In this document: positions 58,350 to 64,000 of the stretch, piece after piece
How positions within the stretch are numbered: the stretch's first letter is position 1
How the letters are laid out: every line of letters starts with the position of its first letter
Source of the DNA: a bacterium
Lineage (GTDB): Bacteria; Hinthialibacterota; Hinthialibacteria; Hinthialibacterales; Hinthialibacteraceae
Assembly: GCA_963662285.2 (NCBI GenBank)
Contig: CAXXMV010000002.1
Span: forward strand, 1,760,001 to 1,824,000
Length of the DNA: 64,000 nucleotides
Direction: 5' to 3'
The notes under the pieces: generated by a model
What the model was told of the DNA's origin: nothing
Seen by the model: only the letters and a program-made list of their open reading frames with translations
Database searches by the model: none
Program-made: the position numbers and the translations under genes

Positions 58350-58765
58350 GCTTTTCGGGATATCAAGTCCTTTGTGGAAGTGGCGACGGTTTACGTCTGG
58401 ACAGAGGCTCATGTCAAAGCGCACTACACCGTTTGTGTTCTATCTCATCTGATTAATCGTACACTCACTTTTGCGTCTTCACGACCATGAGGGGATAACG
58501 CGAGATGTGGTTTCTCATGAAAAACTTTTTGCTAAACTGGAAGATTGTAAAATCGATCGTATCGAAATTGTAAATGTGCAGCAGTCAACATTGAACAGAA
58601 CGCTGCCAACAAGTGAACAAAAAGAGTTATTGAAAAGGATTTACTTAGAACATCTGCTTTCCTGTGATATCATCCAACGGATTAAATCTGTTGTTTTACG
58701 TCTAATGAAATTTCTGTAACATCAATATTATCTATATGTTTACCTATTCAAGTAGTAATCTTGGG
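58350..58765 (+). mobile_element. 3' remnant of an IS1634-like DDE transposase (frameshifted); right end approximate
   Basis: AFRDIKSFVEVATVYVWTEAHVKAHYTVCVLSHLINRTL, then a +1 frameshift into LRLH..TSEQKELLKRI*. Confidence 0.75.
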
Positions 58766-58774
58766 ATTGAACTA

Positions 58775-61700
58775 TTAATGAATTGGCGTTGGCAGCGAAT
58801 CGCGATCGAAAAAGATCATGGATTGATCGCAGGGTTTGTTCCATTCATCCAACGGATTGGTGAATTGGGCCCGGTCGAGAGCGCCGCGGTTCTGATATTC
58901 GGCGAAGACTTCATCAGTCAAGATATCTATGAATGAAACTTTCTTTACGCCGCGCGGAGTTGTGATGTATGTGTAGATATCGCAATGATACAAGAACGGG
59001 AGGTCGGCGGATGCGCCGATCAACGTTCCTTCCTTGATGGTATCGCCTTCTCGTATGCTTGGAACGACATCGATATGTTCAATGGCGACGATGACCGAAG
59101 GGACGTCCAAAGAACGTAAATACAGTCCACCGTTCTGATATCCGCTTTCCATCGCTGTCCGGTAATAGATCAATTCGCAATCGAAAGGCGCGTAGATTTC
59201 TGGTTTATGACTCAACGCGTCTTCAATTCGTGAAAAATAGTAATGTTTTTGCTTTCCTGCGTAATTGAAATCGTCAGGAACTGGCGGATGTCCGCAGATC
59301 GAAGCGATTTTGGATATCCCCTCTATACGATCCAAGTTGGCGATATTGTGGTTGGCGAAATGGGGAATCCCTTGATTGAAATAATCGAAGATATAATCAC
59401 CTCCCCGGTCTTCGGCGAATTCATCGGGGAGATATGTAATACGTTTAATATACAGAGGAGACTGATTTTCTACGTGAATCAATTGAACGCCTTTGTCGCT
59501 TCTCATCCTCATCGTCTCAAGGAAGTTGGATGAGACGATAGGTTGAATTGAACCATCCGAACCGCAGAATCTACCTTCACCTTCTGCGCGATATTCGACA
59601 TCAAAAACGTGACTGGGGCGTTGTTTGTATGCGATAGTGACGGCGGGGCCATATAGGATAAAATTATCCACTTGCCTTGATTGCGACCAAGGTATTTTCA
59701 CTTCCATTTCGCCATCGCCATCAAGATCGACGATATCCAGCAAGACTTTTTCATCTTGGTCGTTCAGGCCACAACTGATCGTAAACGGCCCGCATTCAAT
59801 CCGTTCCAAGCCGGTTTGTGGTTCGGTGAAATAATCGGAGAAGGAAATGGTGACAAGATCACTGGGTGAATATTGATATTCCTGATTTGGAGGAAAATCG
59901 GCTTCAGTCACCCAGTCACCGATGGTATCCAATTGCGAATACCAGCCGCCATTGCAGGTCAATGGATTTTGATCTCTCTCTTCTTTCGAAATTACGAACC
60001 GATCCTTATGAACGTTTCCGAATTGACGAAAATACCCATAATCGTCTTTTATTCTTGGATCGCACTTAAGGAGAGAGACGTATCTTACACCCGTCAGTGT
60101 ATTAACATGTACGGCGATGTCCATGTCTTTGGGGATGATTCCTGGTTCGGTATCAGAAATATGAATGTAACCGAGAGGATCTCCGGCTTCAAAATAATCG
60201 CCGACTTTAATACCGGCATCCAAATCGATATGAGAGATGATTACTCGATAGCCTTGATTGTATACCGAAGAGAAGGATATCTGTACATCCTCCAAAGCGT
60301 TGGGATTAGCCGGGTCGAATGGAGTGATATCCGTGACGATGCCTCCGCCGAAAAGAGGCGATAAGACTCTCACTTCGCCGGGAGAGCGATATTCCGGCTT
60401 GACGGAGAAATAATGTTTCATGGTCCGGCAGGATTCGAAATCGTCGGAGTAGTCGTTGACGACTCCGGCGCGGAACTTGGAAATTCCCCAGATTTTGTCG
60501 TATTCAACCAACCAACGGGCCTCGATAAATGGAAACTCGCCAATTTCATCATAGGGATCCGTTTCGTAGTCTTGGGGATATTGCATAACGTATTCCTGAT
60601 TGCTCCAGGCGATTTTTTTAACCAATAAATCTTTGCAATAGAATCGTATGGTAGAAATGCCGTATTGATTCGATAGTGTGATGATTTGATAATCCACGGA
60701 GCCTCGTTTCGTCGATAACGACGTGAATATGTCCCCCGTAGGCAAGTTCGGGAAATCTAATCCATTGGTCCAGGTTTCAATCCGTATGTCGTAAGATGAT
60801 TGAACTAAAAATTGCGCAACAGTCGGCGCTTCATTAGTGAAACGCCATTCCACGAGATGATTCAGACCGTCCGACACTCGAAATGAAAATGGAATTGACA
60901 GTTCTTTTTTCCCATCATTATCGCCGTCGACGATCGACAGAGGAACATCCCTGCGTTGTGACGAGATGTAAAAATGGTTGCATTCAAACTGGGTATAGGA
61001 GTCCATTGGTCCGGCAACATCCTCGTCAAAGTCAAATACAGTAAAATTGGGATTGTCGAATCGGGGATAGTCGGGTAAATCTTGCGCTGTTACCTCACGT
61101 TTAGGTGTCAATGTGGGCTGAATCGGAGTTGGTTGCACAGTTGGAGTAGATGTCGGTGTGAGTGTATTTTGAGAAACGGGAGTATGACCTTGATTTGGAG
61201 TATTCCCTGGTACCGGTGTGACTTCATGAATGTCATTCATATAAAAGCCGATTTGTTTAATGTAAAAATCCTCACCGAAGATATGTATCCAGCGTACGCC
61301 GAATTCTGGTTCGAAGACAATCCATTCTTCAATAAAGTCCGATGAACTCTGTGTGGTATAATCAGATTTGGAGATGTTTCCGAGCGGCGAGTATAAATTA
61401 AACTGAATGGAATCGCGGTGTGCGACCAGAAAGCGCAATTTGTTGAACGTCATATTCAGTTCGAGACCCTGATAGCCGTTGAGATTAGGAGCCGCTTTTT
61501 TGACATGGATTTCCACCTCGCCATCCTGATCGAAATCGACGATATCCATATCCGCACCGGACGCGTCGGAGGAGGTGTACCAAAACGAACCGTCTTTAAT
61601 GTTGGAAAGTCTAAAATCAAACCGGGTGCGTCCTTGAGCCGATGTGTCGTAGAAATCACCGGGTTTGATGTAGATAACGTCATTTAACCATACTGGTGGT

Positions 61701-62923
61701 TGGGTGGGTGAGGGTAATGGAGTGTGAGTCGGGGGCGGTGGCGAAGGTTGCGCCGTCCTGGTTGGAGTTAAGGTTGGTGTATGTGTCGGTGTCGACGCCG
61801 GTCGTGGCGTATTGGTTGTCGTCGGCATGATAGTCGATGTAGGCGTTGGTGTTGGTTTACCTTTCCATTCCAATATATTCGTTGACTGAAAGGTTCCGAT
61901 CATCGTTTCGGTATCCTCATTGACTGGAGCCAGATAAACTTGGTACGCCCCTGCGTCATATAAATCATCGAATATATAGAAACGCGTATTGCCTTCTGTA
62001 TCAATGTTTTCCTCATTGATTGCAAATCTTTTTAAAAAAGTTTTGTCTAAATAAATATGCAATTCCCACCGGTCTGGCGTATCATAATTCCAATACCATT
62101 GAAGTTGTAGATCATCGTTGGTATTGGGTTCCAGTTTGAGCCATTCCGGTTTCCGTTCCTTATATGGAACCGGTGTTTTCGTATTGGTCGGTGTTGCGTT
62201 AGGATCAGTCATCGTGGGTGTCGGTGTTTTTGTAGATAAAGGCGTCGACGTTGGCCGAATTGTTGATGTAGGTTGCGGTGTGTTGGTCGCGATAGGTTGT
62301 GGTGAAACATGCATTTCGATCTGGTCCGGATCGGTTTTGGCGCCACTTAAAAACATCCCGCTATAATACTGGTTTGGATCAAACGGCATGATTTGCAGAT
62401 TGTCGATATAAACCGTTAGTGGTTCAGATGCGCTCGTATTGATAACCTGAATGATTGCTTTAAATTGGATGGAAGACGGGACGCAGAAGGTCATAAGTCT
62501 CTTAAATTGCCGATCGAAATATCCACCGTTGTTTGGCGCGTTGGTGGAAACAAAAATGTTGGGGCCGTTATCGAGTGTGGCCAGAGTGATCGCCGCATTG
62601 GGACCGGACGACCGGATCGAACAACGGACAAGCGCGGCTTGTTGTTTTTCGACAACCGGGCTTAGGATCATTGAGCCTTCGCCCGGTTGCGCGTTTATCA
62701 CGATTCCCCAGCCATCCGTCGCTTCGGGAAAAGCGTCGTCGGTTGGAATGTTACCTAACGATACAGACGCAGACGGGAACGTTCCAAAACCCGCTCCCAA
62801 CACGGTAAATCCCTGCTCGGTCAACGATGAACCTGTAAAGTCAAATGGAATAAGATCGCTCGTAGCAATAATCGGATGTATCAATAAAACAATGGATACG
62901 ATCGAAGAGAAGGGAATTTTCAC
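58775..62923 (-). CDS. Very large secreted multidomain protein with Pro/Thr linkers, three DxDxDG-containing repeats and two M23-peptidase-like barrel domains
   Basis: Signal peptide; PT linkers; DIVDFDQDGEVEI / SIVDGDNDGKKEL / DIVDLDGDGEMEV; KHYF..SP..SHID..IKVGD..AGDPLG and KHYY..AP..EHID..IREGD..EGTLIG. Confidence 0.8.
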   Translation of the reverse strand: MKIPFSSIVSIVLLIHPIIATSDLIPFDFTGSSLTEQGFTVLGAGFGTFPSASVSLGNIPTDDAFPEATDGWGIVINAQPGEGSMILSPVVEKQQAALVRCSIRSSGPNAAITLATLDNGPNIFVSTNAPNNGGYFDRQFKRLMTFCVPSSIQFKAIIQVINTSASEPLTVYIDNLQIMPFDPNQYYSGMFLSGAKTDPDQIEMHVSPQPIATNTPQPTSTIRPTSTPLSTKTPTPTMTDPNATPTNTKTPVPYKERKPEWLKLEPNTNDDLQLQWYWNYDTPDRWELHIYLDKTFLKRFAINEENIDTEGNTRFYIFDDLYDAGAYQVYLAPVNEDTETMIGTFQSTNILEWKGKPTPTPTSTIMPTTTNTPRPASTPTHTPTLTPTRTAQPSPPPPTHTPLPSPTQPPVWLNDVIYIKPGDFYDTSAQGRTRFDFRLSNIKDGSFWYTSSDASGADMDIVDFDQDGEVEIHVKKAAPNLNGYQGLELNMTFNKLRFLVAHRDSIQFNLYSPLGNISKSDYTTQSSSDFIEEWIVFEPEFGVRWIHIFGEDFYIKQIGFYMNDIHEVTPVPGNTPNQGHTPVSQNTLTPTSTPTVQPTPIQPTLTPKREVTAQDLPDYPRFDNPNFTVFDFDEDVAGPMDSYTQFECNHFYISSQRRDVPLSIVDGDNDGKKELSIPFSFRVSDGLNHLVEWRFTNEAPTVAQFLVQSSYDIRIETWTNGLDFPNLPTGDIFTSLSTKRGSVDYQIITLSNQYGISTIRFYCKDLLVKKIAWSNQEYVMQYPQDYETDPYDEIGEFPFIEARWLVEYDKIWGISKFRAGVVNDYSDDFESCRTMKHYFSVKPEYRSPGEVRVLSPLFGGGIVTDITPFDPANPNALEDVQISFSSVYNQGYRVIISHIDLDAGIKVGDYFEAGDPLGYIHISDTEPGIIPKDMDIAVHVNTLTGVRYVSLLKCDPRIKDDYGYFRQFGNVHKDRFVISKEERDQNPLTCNGGWYSQLDTIGDWVTEADFPPNQEYQYSPSDLVTISFSDYFTEPQTGLERIECGPFTISCGLNDQDEKVLLDIVDLDGDGEMEVKIPWSQSRQVDNFILYGPAVTIAYKQRPSHVFDVEYRAEGEGRFCGSDGSIQPIVSSNFLETMRMRSDKGVQLIHVENQSPLYIKRITYLPDEFAEDRGGDYIFDYFNQGIPHFANHNIANLDRIEGISKIASICGHPPVPDDFNYAGKQKHYYFSRIEDALSHKPEIYAPFDCELIYYRTAMESGYQNGGLYLRSLDVPSVIVAIEHIDVVPSIREGDTIKEGTLIGASADLPFLYHCDIYTYITTPRGVKKVSFIDILTDEVFAEYQNRGALDRAQFTNPLDEWNKPCDQSMIFFDRDSLPTPIH

Positions 62924-63094
62924 GTAGAGTTCTCCCGAATAAAAAATTTGGAAATTTTATCAAATGAGCCTTTTGTAAAATAGAGAGAATCAAAAGATTT
63001 ACAAGAAAGTAAATCCGTTTAAATATAAGAAAAGCCAATTCTGATCTAAACAAAGTTTGCGAAAAAAAACTAGAAAAGAAGGAACTTTTCATTA

Positions 63095-63445
63095 AAGTAG
63101 TATCGCAGATTTGGGGAACAATTCAAGTGTATCTGTTTCCATTTTTGGAATGGATATCTAGGGTCTTTAACAGACAAAGTCAAGCAGGTCGTGCGAATTT
63201 TAGAATTAGTGCTGATAGAGGAGTCCATCGGTGAAAGCCACAATCTACGAGGTAGAAAACGGAAGAATCGCAAAGCCTTAGCGAGAGCCTTTGTGACGAA
63301 AGCGGTTTACAATTTGAATTCAACTTGTTTGTTAATCGATCAATTGAAGAATGCGCCGAGTTTGCGTCGGATTTGCGGTTTTGAAACGATACGCGAAATT
63401 CCAAATGAATCGACGTTTTCACGGGCCTTTGACGAATTCAGCGAA
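63095..63445 (+). mobile_element. 5' remnant of an IS5/IS1182-like (DUF772-type) transposase, frameshifted and truncated
   Basis: SQIWGTIQVYLFPFLE / LGSLTDK..RILEL..GRKRKNRKALARAFVTKAVYN..LRRICGF..PNESTFSRAFDEFSE; homology stops at the REP. Confidence 0.8.
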
Positions 63446-63482
63446 GTAGGATGGGACGCGCTTTCGCTTTGTCCCATTCTAC
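63446..63482 (+). repeat. REP-like family B copy
   Basis: gtaggatgggacgcgctttcgctttgtcccattctac. Confidence 0.8.
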
Positions 63483-63483
63483 T

Positions 63484-64000
63484 TCACTGATTCAAGGATG
63501 CTGCAATCCGAAATCCAAAGGTGGACATCGCCATGTCAGGGCGCCAGAATTGACGAGAGGCAGACCGGCATGATTTGTCATTGTCGTCATAACTACCTCC
63601 CCGTAAAACACGGTGAGCGCCAGATTGTTTTCCAATTGGGTCAATTTCTGGTTCCGATGAATAAAAATCATACCAATCTTGACACCATTCCCATAAATTT
63701 CCGCTCATATCAAACAATCCAAAATCATTTGGCAATTTCGTTCCTACTTCATGAATATGGCGTTCTGAATTGCCTAAACCCCAGGTATAATCAGAATTAC
63801 CTGAATACCAGGCATAATCACCAACATTTCCATATCCCCAATAATAATCTGTAGTTGTTCCTGCCCGGCAAGCATATTCCCATTCGGCTTCAGTTGGTAA
63901 TCTAAATGTCCCCTGGCCCATCTTATTCAGATTGGAGATGAACTTCTTACAGTCGTTCCATGATACTTTTTGTATGGGTAAATTATCCCCTATCCAATCC
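63484..64000 (-). CDS. Formylglycine-generating enzyme (FGE-sulfatase) domain protein, 3' part (gene starts beyond the window)
   Basis: LPIQKVSWNDC..RLPTEAEWEYACRAG..PNDFGLFDMSGNLWEWC..RVLRGGS..GFRI; the frame is open to the window edge. Confidence 0.92.
   Translation of the reverse strand, partial: DWIGDNLPIQKVSWNDCKKFISNLNKMGQGTFRLPTEAEWEYACRAGTTTDYYWGYGNVGDYAWYSGNSDYTWGLGNSERHIHEVGTKLPNDFGLFDMSGNLWEWCQDWYDFYSSEPEIDPIGKQSGAHRVLRGGSYDDNDKSCRSASRQFWRPDMAMSTFGFRIAASLNQ

Noticed and set aside
58227-58424. N-terminal extension of ORF 57897..58424
   Set aside because: Runs antisense through a REP and the IS1634-like remnant; a better RBS and start lie at 58226
63484-64000. FGE-sulfatase (CLec-fold) C-terminus as a possible diversity-generating retroelement target
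   Set aside because: No template repeat with adenine-specific mismatches and no reverse transcriptase seen in the window; cannot be excluded beyond the edge

Overview
Bacterial chromosomal window with about 45 genes and no rRNA, tRNA or CRISPR array that I can see. It holds housekeeping genes (gndA, rmlC, gntK, folC, tatA/B-tatC, a DEAD-box helicase, yedK/SRAP), surface-glycan genes (wzt, a double methyltransferase/coiled-coil protein, several glycosyltransferases, a capD-like dehydratase), two orphan GspG/pilin-like genes and many signal-peptide-bearing enzymes and adhesin-like proteins. The gene style tentatively suggests a candidate-phylum organism such as Hinthialibacterota/OLB16 or Sumerlaeota relatives; this is an inference, not established. 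Strongest unexplained signal: six secreted proteins from five unrelated families end in the same 9-residue motif, [TV]-x-[VIC]-x-x-[WY]-[ML]-x-[HY], at or within 2 aa of the stop. The motif is dropped exactly where an LRR module became internal, which makes it a candidate undescribed C-terminal sorting or anchoring tag. Second theme: at least five REP-like palindrome families, three duplicated gene ends bracketing inserted DNA (4Fe-4S gene 3' end, yedK 5' end, ytxJ 3' end), an 83-bp direct repeat bracketing the LRR genes, and gene or IS remnants whose breakpoints fall on REPs. Together these suggest integrase-free accretion of cassettes. All product calls come from motif recognition by eye; no database searches were run.
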